64,000 nucleotides of DNA, from positions 128,001 to 192,000 of the forward strand of contig CBEUCH010000003.1 of the NCBI GenBank assembly GCA_965541585.1, written 5' to 3'. Shown in pieces: positions 39,894 through 49,097 of the stretch (the stretch's first letter is position 1; each line of letters starts with the position of its first letter). A program made the position numbers and the translations under genes. The DNA comes from an uncultured bacterium. GTDB taxonomy: Bacteria; Zixibacteria; MSB-5A5; UBA10806. The notes beneath the pieces were generated by a model, which ran no database searches, was not told the origin of the DNA, and worked only from the letters and a program-made list of their open reading frames with translations.

Positions 39894-40553
39894 GTGAAAG
39901 GCGACAAGCTCGTATTACAGGAAGGCCATATCAGGGCCGGCCGGCAAATAGCAAAGCTGCTTCTCCCGCAGATTGCAACTGCAGAGGGCAAATTTATCAT
40001 CTCTATCGCAGGTGAATCCGGATGCGGTAAGTCGGAAATCGCCTCCGTCCTCGCTGAATCGCTCTTTAAAAAAGACATAAACTGCATAATCCTACAGCAG
40101 GACGATTATTTCGTATATCCTCCGAAAACCAATGCCGCCATGCGCAAAAAAGATCTCCGGCAAGTTGGTGTTTCTGAAGTCCGCCTTGAATCGCTCGATC
40201 AAAACCTGAAAGATATCGTGGAGGGGGAGACCAGGATCGAAAAGCCGCTGGTGATATTCGATGAGGATCGAATTGAACAGGAGACAATAAAGCTTGAAGG
40301 GATCAAAGTGGTAATAGTCGAAGGAACCTATACTACCGTTCTGAGAAATGTGCACCGGCATATTTTCATCGACCGGACATATATTGATACTAGGGAATCG
40401 CGCCAGCAGAGGGCAAGGGAGAGGCAGGATGATTTTCTCGAGAAGATACTTGTGATAGAGCACGAGATTATAGCTGCGCATAAGCCCCGAGCCGATATAA
40501 TCGTAACAAAGAATTATGAAGTGAAGATGGATGATGAGAAAAAACAAGATTAA
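39894..40553 (+). CDS. Uridine-kinase-like P-loop kinase
   Basis: ISIAGESGCGKS, QDDYF and VIVEGTY. Confidence 0.8.
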   Translation: MKGDKLVLQEGHIRAGRQIAKLLLPQIATAEGKFIISIAGESGCGKSEIASVLAESLFKKDINCIILQQDDYFVYPPKTNAAMRKKDLRQVGVSEVRLESLDQNLKDIVEGETRIEKPLVIFDEDRIEQETIKLEGIKVVIVEGTYTTVLRNVHRHIFIDRTYIDTRESRQQRARERQDDFLEKILVIEHEIIAAHKPRADIIVTKNYEVKMDDEKKQD

Positions 40554-41799
40554 GAACGTCTGCATGCTCAGCACCCATGGCTATTTCGATCCCATACCAC
40601 AGCTGGGGATTACTGATACCGGCGGACAGGTCGTCTATGTGCTCCAGCTGGCCAAGGCTCTTTCTACACATAATATAAAGGTCGATATATTCACGCGCTG
40701 GTTTGATCGCTCCAGGAAGCAGATCGATCCCGTTCCGGATTATCCCGACGTGAGAGTCATCCGAATACCCGCCGGGCCGTGGGAATTTATACCCAAAGAG
40801 GAAATCTATGCCGTTCTACCGGAATTGGCTGAAAATATGATAGAATTTATCAAACAAGAGAAGTTGCACTATGACCTGTTCCATGGTCACTACGTGGATG
40901 CGGGCATTGTAACCATCGATATTGCTAAGAAGCTTGATAAGCCGGCTTTTTTCACTGCTCATTCGCTTGGAGCCTGGAAACGGGAGCAGATGGAGGGAGA
41001 TTCCGAGGAGCTGGAGAGAAAATTCAAGTTCAAACACCGGGTATCGGAGGAACTCCGAATCTTCAAATCGGTCAAGGCACAGGCTGTCACAAGCCAGGTG
41101 CAGATGGAAAAATTGGAGCAGTTGTATAAGTTCACCGCCGGCAATATCGATATTATTCCCCCGGGCGTCGATGTTCATCGTTTTCACCTCCCTGAGTCTG
41201 ATGAAAGAATAGCCAAAACAGATTTGCCGGATAGATATATCTTTTGCCTCAGCCGGATCGACTCGAACAAGGGGCATGATCTTCTGCTCAATGCCTTTGA
41301 CAGGGTAAGAAATGATATCCCGGATGTTCATCTTGTTATCGGCGGAGGCTCCCCAAAACCCGAACAGAGAGAGCTGGATGTTCTAAAGACGATAAAGAAG
41401 ATAATCAACGATAAGGGGATTGACGATAAAGTCCGGATAATCGGTTATGTACCCGATGATCTTCTCGTTTCCCTCTATCAACAGGCGGAGTTGTTCGTCC
41501 TGCCGTCGATTTTCGAGCCTTTCGGCATGACCGCCCAGGAGGCTATGGCCTGCGGCACTCCCGTCGTAGCCTCCAAACTCGGAGGAATCAGGAGTGTTAT
41601 CTCGTCGGGGGATAATGGCTTATTAATAGACCCCTCCGATGCCGGCGAATTCGCTGATGCCATATCTCTGATTTTGAAAGATGCACGCCTGGCTGAGCGT
41701 CTGGGAAAGACAGGGCATAAGACTATTCAGGAATATTTCAGCTGGGAGGCTATTGCTGAGAGGTATCTTGCATTTTATGAGAAATTCATGAACCCGTAA
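40531..41799 (+). CDS. GT4 glycosyltransferase, sucrose-phosphate/mannosylfructose-phosphate synthase-like
   Basis: STHGYF...DTGGQVVYVL, FHGHYVDAG, FTAHSLG and FEPFGMTAQEAMACG. Confidence 0.85.
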   Translation: MMRKNKIKNVCMLSTHGYFDPIPQLGITDTGGQVVYVLQLAKALSTHNIKVDIFTRWFDRSRKQIDPVPDYPDVRVIRIPAGPWEFIPKEEIYAVLPELAENMIEFIKQEKLHYDLFHGHYVDAGIVTIDIAKKLDKPAFFTAHSLGAWKREQMEGDSEELERKFKFKHRVSEELRIFKSVKAQAVTSQVQMEKLEQLYKFTAGNIDIIPPGVDVHRFHLPESDERIAKTDLPDRYIFCLSRIDSNKGHDLLLNAFDRVRNDIPDVHLVIGGGSPKPEQRELDVLKTIKKIINDKGIDDKVRIIGYVPDDLLVSLYQQAELFVLPSIFEPFGMTAQEAMACGTPVVASKLGGIRSVISSGDNGLLIDPSDAGEFADAISLILKDARLAERLGKTGHKTIQEYFSWEAIAERYLAFYEKFMNP

Positions 41800-41832
41800 T
41801 TTTGTGAACATGATTATGTGATAATGAGGAGA

Positions 41833-41853
41833 GGGCTACCGCGATGGTAGCCC
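41833..41853. terminator. Hairpin between convergent genes
   Basis: GGGCTACC-GCGAT-GGTAGCCC. Confidence 0.65.
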
Positions 41854-41880
41854 CTTCGCTTATTTTTATAGGGTAATCCT

Positions 41881-44805
41881 CTATGCAGCCTTGCTTATTG
41901 CCAACCTCTTTCTCCTCACAACGGCAACCGTCCCTACGGCCAACAGCAACAACGCCAGGATCAGCATCCCCCATTCGCTGAGGGTTGGGATTTCCTGCTC
42001 GCCACAGTCTACTCCAAAAGCGCCAATATCAGCACCGCCTTCTCCTTCGCCCACACAACATGAGGCAGCATCCAAATAAAAATTGCCATTTTCAGGGTCG
42101 CAGAACATGGGATCGCAATCGATGTTCCCTTCGCCTGCCCAGCCGCCTTGAACGTCGCAATAGGTGATTACCGGTGATGACGCATATAAATAAATCTCCG
42201 GTCCATTTGGTGCACTATCACCCCAGAAGATGGTGTTGGTTATTACCGAACTGGAATAATAGCAATAAATCCCGCCGCCGAAGTCGTTGGATGAATTTTC
42301 GCTGATGGTATTGTTGGTGATCGTGGGATTGGAAAAATCGAAAAGAATCCCGCCGCCATAATTGACGGCTGAATTTCCGCTTATGGTATTGTAGTTGATC
42401 GTGGAACTGGATTCATAGCAATAAATCCCGCCGCCTTCGAAGGCTGAATTTCCGCTCAGGGTGTTGTTGCTGATCGTGGGACTGGAACTGTGGCAAAAAA
42501 TCCCGCCGCCCCACGAGTTGGCTGTATTTTCGCTTATGGTATTGTTGCTGATCGTGGGACTGGAAGAGTTACAATAAATCCCGCCGCCATACCCAGCAAT
42601 GCCATTTTGTATCGTGAATCCGTTAATAATGGCGGTGTTATCCTCTCCATTTTCGAAAGTCACAACCGAACCCGATGCACCGCCATCAATAATCGTTGAC
42701 GAGATATACGATGGATCACCGGCGTCCAAAAACCATGAGCCGACGACAATATTCTTGCCGCTGAAGTCAATGTTCTCGACATAAGTACCTGAGGCAACCC
42801 GCACCGTGTCGCCGTTAGAACTGGCATCTATACCTTCCTGGATGGTCTCGTAATCGTCCGGGATGTTGATTATATAGCCACAGCCTACTTCACTTACTCC
42901 AAAAGCGCCAATATCAACACCGCCTTCACCAGCGCCCACACAACATGAGGCAGCATTCAAATAAAAATTGCCATTATCAGGGTCGCAGAACATAGGATCG
43001 CAATCGATGTTCGTTTCGCCTGCCCAGCCGCCTTGAACGTCACAATAGGTGATTACCGGCGATGACGTGCCATATAAATAAATCTCCGGTTCAGCTGGCG
43101 CGGTATCACCCCAGAAGATGGTGTTGGTTATTACCGGACTGGAATCGTCGCAATAAATCCCGCCGCCCCACGAGTTGGCTGTATTTCCGCTTATGGTATT
43201 GTTGCTGATCGTGGGACTGGAATTAACAACGCAACAAATCCCGCCGCCACCGAAGGCGCATGAATTTCCGCTGATTGTGTTGTTGCTGATCGTGGGACTG
43301 GAATCGATGCAATAAAACCCGCCGCCATGCGAGCCGGCTGAATTTTCGCTTATGGTATTGTTGCTGATCGTGGTCCCGGAATTATTAAACCAATAAATCC
43401 CGCCGCCTGTGTAGGCGGCTGAATTTCCGCTGATGGTATTGTAGTTGATCGTGAGATTGGTGTTGGAAGTGCAATAGATCCCGGCTCCGCGGTCGGCTGA
43501 ATTTCCGTTGATGGTGTTGCTGGTAATGGTGGCATTGGAATTTAGACCGCAACGAATCCCGCCGCCGCGGTCGGCTGAATTTCCGTTGATGGTGTTGTCG
43601 GTGATTGTGGGACTGGAATTATCCCAGCAACCAATCCCGCCGCCCATAGCGCTGGCTGAATTTCCGCTTATAGTGTTGTTGCTGATCGTGGGATTGGAAA
43701 CCAAGCAATAAATCCCGCCGCCAGCCTCAGCAAGACCATTTTGTATCGTAAATCCGGTAATAACAGCGCTATTATCTTCACCATTTAAAAAAGACACAAC
43801 ACTTCCTGACTGGTTACCATCAATAATCGTTGACGAGATATACGATGGATCACCGGCGTCCAAAAACCATGAGCCGAGGACAATATTCTTGCCGCTGAAG
43901 TCAATGTTCTCTACATAAGTACCTGAGGCAACCCGCACTATGTCGTAGTGGGAACTGGCGTCTATACCTTCCTGGATGGTCTCGTAATCAGCCGGGATGT
44001 TGATTATATCGCCACAGCCTACTCCAAAAGCGCCAATATCGACACCGCCGTCACCGGCTCCCACACAGCATGAGGCATGATGCAAATAAAAATTGCCACT
44101 TTCAGGGTCGCAGAACATGGGATCGCAATTGATGTTCGTTTCGCCTGCCCAGCCGCCTTGAACGTCACAATAGGTGATTACCGGCGATGCCGTGCCAGAT
44201 AAATAGATCTCCGGCCCATTTGGTGCACTATTATCCCAGAATATGGTGTTGGTTATTGGCGGACTTGAATAATCATCGCAACTAATCCCGCCGCCATACC
44301 AGCCGGCTGAATTTTCGCTGATGGTATTGTAGTTGATCGTGGGACTGGAATAATAGCAATATAACCCGCCACCATCGTAGACGGCTGAATTCCCGCTGAC
44401 CTTGTTGTTGCTGATCGTGGGACTGGAATAATTATAGCAATAAATCCCGCCGCCATTCAGACCCCAACCATTTTGTATCGTGAATCCGGTAATAACAGCG
44501 GTGTTATCTTCTCCATTTTCAAAAGTGACAACCGAACCCGATGCACCACCATCAATAATCGTTGACGAGATAAACGAGGGATCACCGTCGTCCAAAAACC
44601 ATGAGCCGACGACAATATTCTTGCCGCTGAAGTCAATGTTCTCGACATAAGTACCTGAGGCAACCCGCACCGTGTCGTCGTTGGAACTGATGTTTATTCC
44701 AGCCTGGATATTAGGCTCGTCCCCGGGAACATTGATGATTGTGGCCGATACAGGCAAAAAAGCAACCGCAACGAAAACCGTAATGAAAGCTATAGCCCTT
44801 TTCAT
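41881..44805 (-). CDS. Right-handed parallel beta-helix protein, three tandem modules, IPTL-CTERM tail
   Basis: Signal peptide. Three copies of [IIN(I/V)PxDxxxIQxGI cap, GGGIxC..SPTISNNTISGNSA coils, Cys-rich C-cap]. Tail IPTLSEWGMLILALLLLAVGTVAVVRRKR. Confidence 0.92.
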   Translation of the reverse strand: MKRAIAFITVFVAVAFLPVSATIINVPGDEPNIQAGINISSNDDTVRVASGTYVENIDFSGKNIVVGSWFLDDGDPSFISSTIIDGGASGSVVTFENGEDNTAVITGFTIQNGWGLNGGGIYCYNYSSPTISNNKVSGNSAVYDGGGLYCYYSSPTINYNTISENSAGWYGGGISCDDYSSPPITNTIFWDNSAPNGPEIYLSGTASPVITYCDVQGGWAGETNINCDPMFCDPESGNFYLHHASCCVGAGDGGVDIGAFGVGCGDIINIPADYETIQEGIDASSHYDIVRVASGTYVENIDFSGKNIVLGSWFLDAGDPSYISSTIIDGNQSGSVVSFLNGEDNSAVITGFTIQNGLAEAGGGIYCLVSNPTISNNTISGNSASAMGGGIGCWDNSSPTITDNTINGNSADRGGGIRCGLNSNATITSNTINGNSADRGAGIYCTSNTNLTINYNTISGNSAAYTGGGIYWFNNSGTTISNNTISENSAGSHGGGFYCIDSSPTISNNTISGNSCAFGGGGICCVVNSSPTISNNTISGNTANSWGGGIYCDDSSPVITNTIFWGDTAPAEPEIYLYGTSSPVITYCDVQGGWAGETNIDCDPMFCDPDNGNFYLNAASCCVGAGEGGVDIGAFGVSEVGCGYIINIPDDYETIQEGIDASSNGDTVRVASGTYVENIDFSGKNIVVGSWFLDAGDPSYISSTIIDGGASGSVVTFENGEDNTAIINGFTIQNGIAGYGGGIYCNSSSPTISNNTISENTANSWGGGIFCHSSSPTISNNTLSGNSAFEGGGIYCYESSSTINYNTISGNSAVNYGGGILFDFSNPTITNNTISENSSNDFGGGIYCYYSSSVITNTIFWGDSAPNGPEIYLYASSPVITYCDVQGGWAGEGNIDCDPMFCDPENGNFYLDAASCCVGEGEGGADIGAFGVDCGEQEIPTLSEWGMLILALLLLAVGTVAVVRRKRLAISKAA

Positions 44806-44929
44806 TATATCCTCCCAGCGACGTATCTATCCTAATGCTAATCGCAGATGGATATTACACTGACACAATTATAGATACACAATTCCACGAGAATGTCAAG
44901 GATTTTGGGTGTTTGCGAGTGTCTATGGC

Positions 44930-45022
44930 ACCCCCCCATCCCTCAATCGCCTGGGGGAGGGCAACGAAAAAGGAGCTGCCGACATGGCAGCCCCTTCGCT
45001 TATTTTTATAGCTGATCCTCTA
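44930..45022. repeat. Duplicated intergenic unit with terminator (copy at 46236-46330, partial copy at 41829-41883)
   Basis: Shared ATCCCTC...GGGGGAGGGCAACGAAAAAGG(A/G)GCT(G/A)CCGA.ATGGCAGCCCCTTCGCTTA.TTTTATAG...ATCCTCTA. Confidence 0.85.
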
Positions 45023-46165
45023 TGCAGCTTTGCTGATCGCCGCCCTTCTATTCCTGATTACTGCAACCGTCCCAACCGCCAGCAACAGCAGTCCCATGAT
45101 CAGCATCCCCCATTCGCTGAGGGTTGGGATTTCCTGCTCTCCACAGCCTACTCCAAAAGCGCCAATATTAGCACCGCCTTCTCCTTCGCCCACACAACAT
45201 GAGGCAGCATCCAAATAAAAATTGCCATTTTCAGGGTCGCAAAACATGGGATCGCAATCGATGTTCGTTTCGCCTGCCCAGCCGCCTTCAACGTCACAAT
45301 AGGTGATTACCGGTGATGACACGCCAACTATACAAATCTCCGGCCAGGTGTCTGCGCTGTTAGCCCAGAAGATGGTGTTGATTATTCCCGGACTGGAATC
45401 CCAGATATAAATCCCGCCGCCGCGCGCGACTGCTGAATTTCCGTATATGGTGTTGAAGCTGACCGTGGGGCTTGAAGTCATAGTGCAATAAATCCCGGCG
45501 CCTAAGTCGGCTGAATTTCCGCTGATAGTATTTTTGTCGATCGTGGGGTCTGCGTTAAGATTGCACCAAATCCCGCCGCCTTCCCCGGGGGTTGAATTTC
45601 CGCTTATGATGTTGTTGCTGATCGTGGGATCGGAATCCCAGCAAGCAATCCCGCCGGCGGCCGTGCCGGCTGAATTTCCGCTTATGGTGTTGTAGCTGAT
45701 CGTGGGATTGGAACTATAGCAAAAAATCCCGCCGCCGTATTGGTCGGCTGAATTCCCGCTTATGATATTGTAGTTTATCGTGGGATTGGAAGGATTGCAA
45801 TAAATCCCGCTACCCCACGCAGTACTACCATTTTGTATCGTGAATCCGGTGATTCTTGCCTCGTTAGTCTCTCCGTTTTCAAATTTAACTACCCCATCCG
45901 CAGCATTACCATCAATAATCGTTGACAGGATATACGAGGGATCACCGGCGTCCAGAAACCATGAACCGACGACAATATTCTTGCCGTTGAAGTTAATGTT
46001 CTCGACATAAGTACCTGTGGCAACCCGCACTATGTCGCCGACTGTGGAAGCGTCTATGCCCTGCTGAATGGTGGGATAGTCATCAGGAATGTTGATGATC
46101 GTAGCTGAAACGGGCAAAGAGGCAAAGACAACCAATGCAATAGCGAAAATGTTTACTCTTTTCAC
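45020..46165 (-). CDS. Single-module beta-helix paralog with IPTL-CTERM tail
   Basis: Same caps, six coils and near-identical 3' DNA to the 974-aa gene. GTG start after GGAGG. Confidence 0.92.
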   Translation of the reverse strand: MKRVNIFAIALVVFASLPVSATIINIPDDYPTIQQGIDASTVGDIVRVATGTYVENINFNGKNIVVGSWFLDAGDPSYILSTIIDGNAADGVVKFENGETNEARITGFTIQNGSTAWGSGIYCNPSNPTINYNIISGNSADQYGGGIFCYSSNPTISYNTISGNSAGTAAGGIACWDSDPTISNNIISGNSTPGEGGGIWCNLNADPTIDKNTISGNSADLGAGIYCTMTSSPTVSFNTIYGNSAVARGGGIYIWDSSPGIINTIFWANSADTWPEICIVGVSSPVITYCDVEGGWAGETNIDCDPMFCDPENGNFYLDAASCCVGEGEGGANIGAFGVGCGEQEIPTLSEWGMLIMGLLLLAVGTVAVIRNRRAAISKAA

Positions 46166-46235
46166 AAGTCCTCCAGTTCAATGAAGCCTATAATAAAAAT
46201 AAGGTATTTCGTGGATCTGGCAAGAGATTTTTGAT

Positions 46236-46330
46236 CCCCTCCAATCCCTCGACGGCCCGGGGGGAGGGCAACGAAAAAGGGGCTACCGAGATGGCAGCCC
46301 CTTCGCTTACTTTTATAGAGTAATCCTCTA
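46236..46330. repeat. Second copy of the duplicated intergenic unit with terminator
   Basis: Matches 44930-45022. Confidence 0.85.
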
Positions 46331-47551
46331 TGCAGCTTTGCTGGTCGCCGCCCTTCTATTCCTGATTACTGCAACCGTCCCAAGAGCCAGCAGCAGCAAC
46401 GCCAGGACGATCATCCCCCATTCGGAGAGGGTGGGGATGGCGTTCAGGTTCAGCGCAACGATGAACAGACCTGACGGTATATCGGAGATCAGTATCTTCT
46501 GGTCGCCAAGAAAGGGATATACTCCCCAGGCCCCATTATAACCTGATGGATATCCGCCATAAGTGTCATAGCTGGCAACGAATTCGAGCAAGCCCGAAAC
46601 CGGATCGATGTCGTAAACTCTTATCCCCGCCTGGTACCAGGAACAGTATAGCCTGTAACCGTCGACGAGTTGATTGTGAACGCTGTGTGACTCATCCAGT
46701 GGCAGGGCTAAGGCATCGGTAAGAGTCAAAGTTAGAGAGGCTCCAACTTCGGTTATCCTGTAGACTTTGATCCCGCCGCCTTCGCGTTCCTCACCGGTTA
46801 CCATAAAATCACCATTGTCTGTCGGCCAGCATGAATGGGTATTGTTGCCGCCACCCGGCGTCTCGCCAATAAGCGGCGGCATCTGGTTGCCAACATCGGA
46901 GACATCATAAATTTTAACTCCGCTGTCCCAGCCGGCGGCGTAAAGCCTGCCGTTTTCAACAGTAATGTCATGTACAAAATTGTTGCCGACGCCGGTGAGA
47001 ATCCATAATGGCGAGGTGATGGTCGAAGGGGGGCTGTCCGGGTCGAAGCCGGTCAAATCCACAATTGCCACCTCCGGATTGCTGGAATCCACCAAATATA
47101 GATAGCCATTATCGTAGAATACGTTGTGAATATACGGGCTGAAATTGCTGAGACTGATTGTAGTTAGCAGCACCGGCGAGTAAGGGTTACGGACATCGAC
47201 TATCTCTGCCTGATCAGGATCGGCGGATTCCAGGCCAATAAACATCAAACCGTTGTGCACTTTGACGTCCTGGGCGGAGGCGAAATTGTTCGGGGAGGCC
47301 ACACGATAATGGGCTGCAACAGTCGGGGCAGACGGATTGCTGATATCGAGTATATGCACACCAGCATCGCCCCAATGGGCTATGTAGGCGAAGTCGCCAT
47401 CTCCCCAAACATCGGCGTATGCACCTCCATAGCCATCCCATGCTCCCACAAGGGTTGCATTGATCGGAGGATCCTGGGCGTGCGCCGAGATCCTGAAAAA
47501 CGCCATGATTACAAAGGCGCTGAGTATTAAGAAGACTATTCGGGATTTCAT
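46328..47551 (-). CDS. LVIVD-repeat / choice-of-anchor B-like protein with IPTL-CTERM tail
   Basis: YADVWG, VHILDISNPSAP, His-rich blades (IHNV, VHDI, THSCW, VHNQ) and GAWGVYPF. Tail IPTLSEWG. Confidence 0.85.
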   Translation of the reverse strand: MKSRIVFLILSAFVIMAFFRISAHAQDPPINATLVGAWDGYGGAYADVWGDGDFAYIAHWGDAGVHILDISNPSAPTVAAHYRVASPNNFASAQDVKVHNGLMFIGLESADPDQAEIVDVRNPYSPVLLTTISLSNFSPYIHNVFYDNGYLYLVDSSNPEVAIVDLTGFDPDSPPSTITSPLWILTGVGNNFVHDITVENGRLYAAGWDSGVKIYDVSDVGNQMPPLIGETPGGGNNTHSCWPTDNGDFMVTGEEREGGGIKVYRITEVGASLTLTLTDALALPLDESHSVHNQLVDGYRLYCSWYQAGIRVYDIDPVSGLLEFVASYDTYGGYPSGYNGAWGVYPFLGDQKILISDIPSGLFIVALNLNAIPTLSEWGMIVLALLLLALGTVAVIRNRRAATSKAA

Positions 47552-47588
47552 CGCTAACCTCTCAGATTGAAGCAAAAGACATTCTTTA

Positions 47589-47621
47589 CATAATGATAAT
47601 GGTTATCAGCGCTTTTGTCAA
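47589..47621 (-). promoter_or_regulatory. Sigma-70 promoter overlapped by a Fur-box-like site
   Basis: Minus strand reads TTGACA-N17-TATCAT. CATAATGATAATGGTTATC (47589-47607) matches the Fur consensus at 16/19. Confidence 0.65.
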
Positions 47622-47694
47622 TGCCTATCTCAAATCTCAGGAATAGGAGGGTGAGCGATCAGAAAAGGGGCTCCCGTGCCGGTAGCACCTTATT

Positions 47695-48570
47695 CTATTC
47701 GACGTTCTCGAGAAACCTGATAACTATGTAGCAGGAATTTTCAGCGGCAATCTCAAAGAATTCATCCATTTCCGCCCTCGCCGATTCGGAACCCGAACCG
47801 CCGGCCAGATCCGACGCCGAGCGGAAGGCTATGAAGGGGATGTCGTTGACCGCGCCTACCTGGGCCACCGCGGCCGTCTCCATATCGGTGATCAGGGCAT
47901 CATAGGTCTCGTTGAGCCAGATTCTCTTTTCCGGATTATCGATAAAAGCATTGCCACTTACACCTATCCCTCCGGTCAATAATAGCGGTGTCCTGTCGCC
48001 AATTTTCTGAAGCGGGCTAATATCTCCAGTGAGATCCCCGGCGGCTTCATACATCGAACTGTCCACCGGAAAATGGGAGCGTCTGACCAGGCTGTCTGGC
48101 TGCGGCGAATAGAATTTAATTCCCCTGGGTCGGAATCCATCGGCGCCATGATAGCCGAAATCGTGAGTTATCCAGCTTTCGCAGACGACAATATCACCGA
48201 TATGGACGGAGGTATCGATCGCGCCGGCGATCCCCGTAAATATGATAGCTTCGGGCCGATACTCATCGATCAGCTTCTGGGCTGTCATGGCCGCATTGGT
48301 CATCCCTACACCGGATTCGGCGATTACCATTTTCTTTCCGGATAGTTCCCCGGAGATTACAGGCCTGCCCAGTATAGTCCGGATTTCGCTTATGTCCATT
48401 TTCTCCATCAATAACTGACCCTCGGCATCAAACGCGTAGAGGATCAGATATTGAGAATGCGGACGCTCCCGGACCTGGCAATTTAAAATAATCAGAAGGA
48501 GGAATGATACGATGATTGATCCAGCCCATTTTGGCAGCCGGTATCGATTCGGACTGTAAGTCATATCCAT
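47695..48570 (-). CDS. 5'-methylthioadenosine/SAH nucleosidase-family protein with N-terminal hydrophobic anchor
   Basis: SGVGMTNAA, FTGIAGA, IGDIVV, DMETAAVAQV and RSASDLAG. Exact start uncertain. Confidence 0.85.
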   Translation of the reverse strand: MDMTYSPNRYRLPKWAGSIIVSFLLLIILNCQVRERPHSQYLILYAFDAEGQLLMEKMDISEIRTILGRPVISGELSGKKMVIAESGVGMTNAAMTAQKLIDEYRPEAIIFTGIAGAIDTSVHIGDIVVCESWITHDFGYHGADGFRPRGIKFYSPQPDSLVRRSHFPVDSSMYEAAGDLTGDISPLQKIGDRTPLLLTGGIGVSGNAFIDNPEKRIWLNETYDALITDMETAAVAQVGAVNDIPFIAFRSASDLAGGSGSESARAEMDEFFEIAAENSCYIVIRFLENVE

Positions 48571-48773
48571 TTCATTTCCTTTCGCACTACGTGCCCTTTT
48601 CACCAACCATCGTTGGAACACAATGAATATCATAAAAGATTATAGAATCATAACTGATTTTTCAATGAGAAAAGGTCGAGTGTTGTCGGCATCGCCTGCG
48701 ATCCGGATTAAGGTCAGATAATCGTGTAAGGACTTTATGGTATGCTTTATAAACCATTTGCAATAAAACAAAA

Positions 48774-48847
<74 letters not shown>

Positions 48848-49097
48848 ATCAAATCTATCGCCTGACGGCGATATTATTCGTTTGTCAAAAATTTCTGCAT
48901 CTCGGGTCGTCTCGCCGATCCCAAAACCACGAGGATATTAATATAAATTCGGAGGGCCGCGCAAGGGTTTTGTTTAACCCGCAGGGATTACACCGGCTTT
49001 CATAAAATATCTTCAAAAAACAGGGTAACCTTATAGACGCTTTATGCGTAAAGGTAGTAAGCTATGGTCGGAATTTGATGCAAAGGAGTATAGGGTG

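Noticed and set aside
41881..46165. CRISPR array or DGR suggested by regular ~70-nt repeats
   Set aside because: The repeats are in-frame coding coils with only 6-9 nt variable parts. There are no cas genes, no reverse transcriptase and no evident non-coding template repeat in the window.
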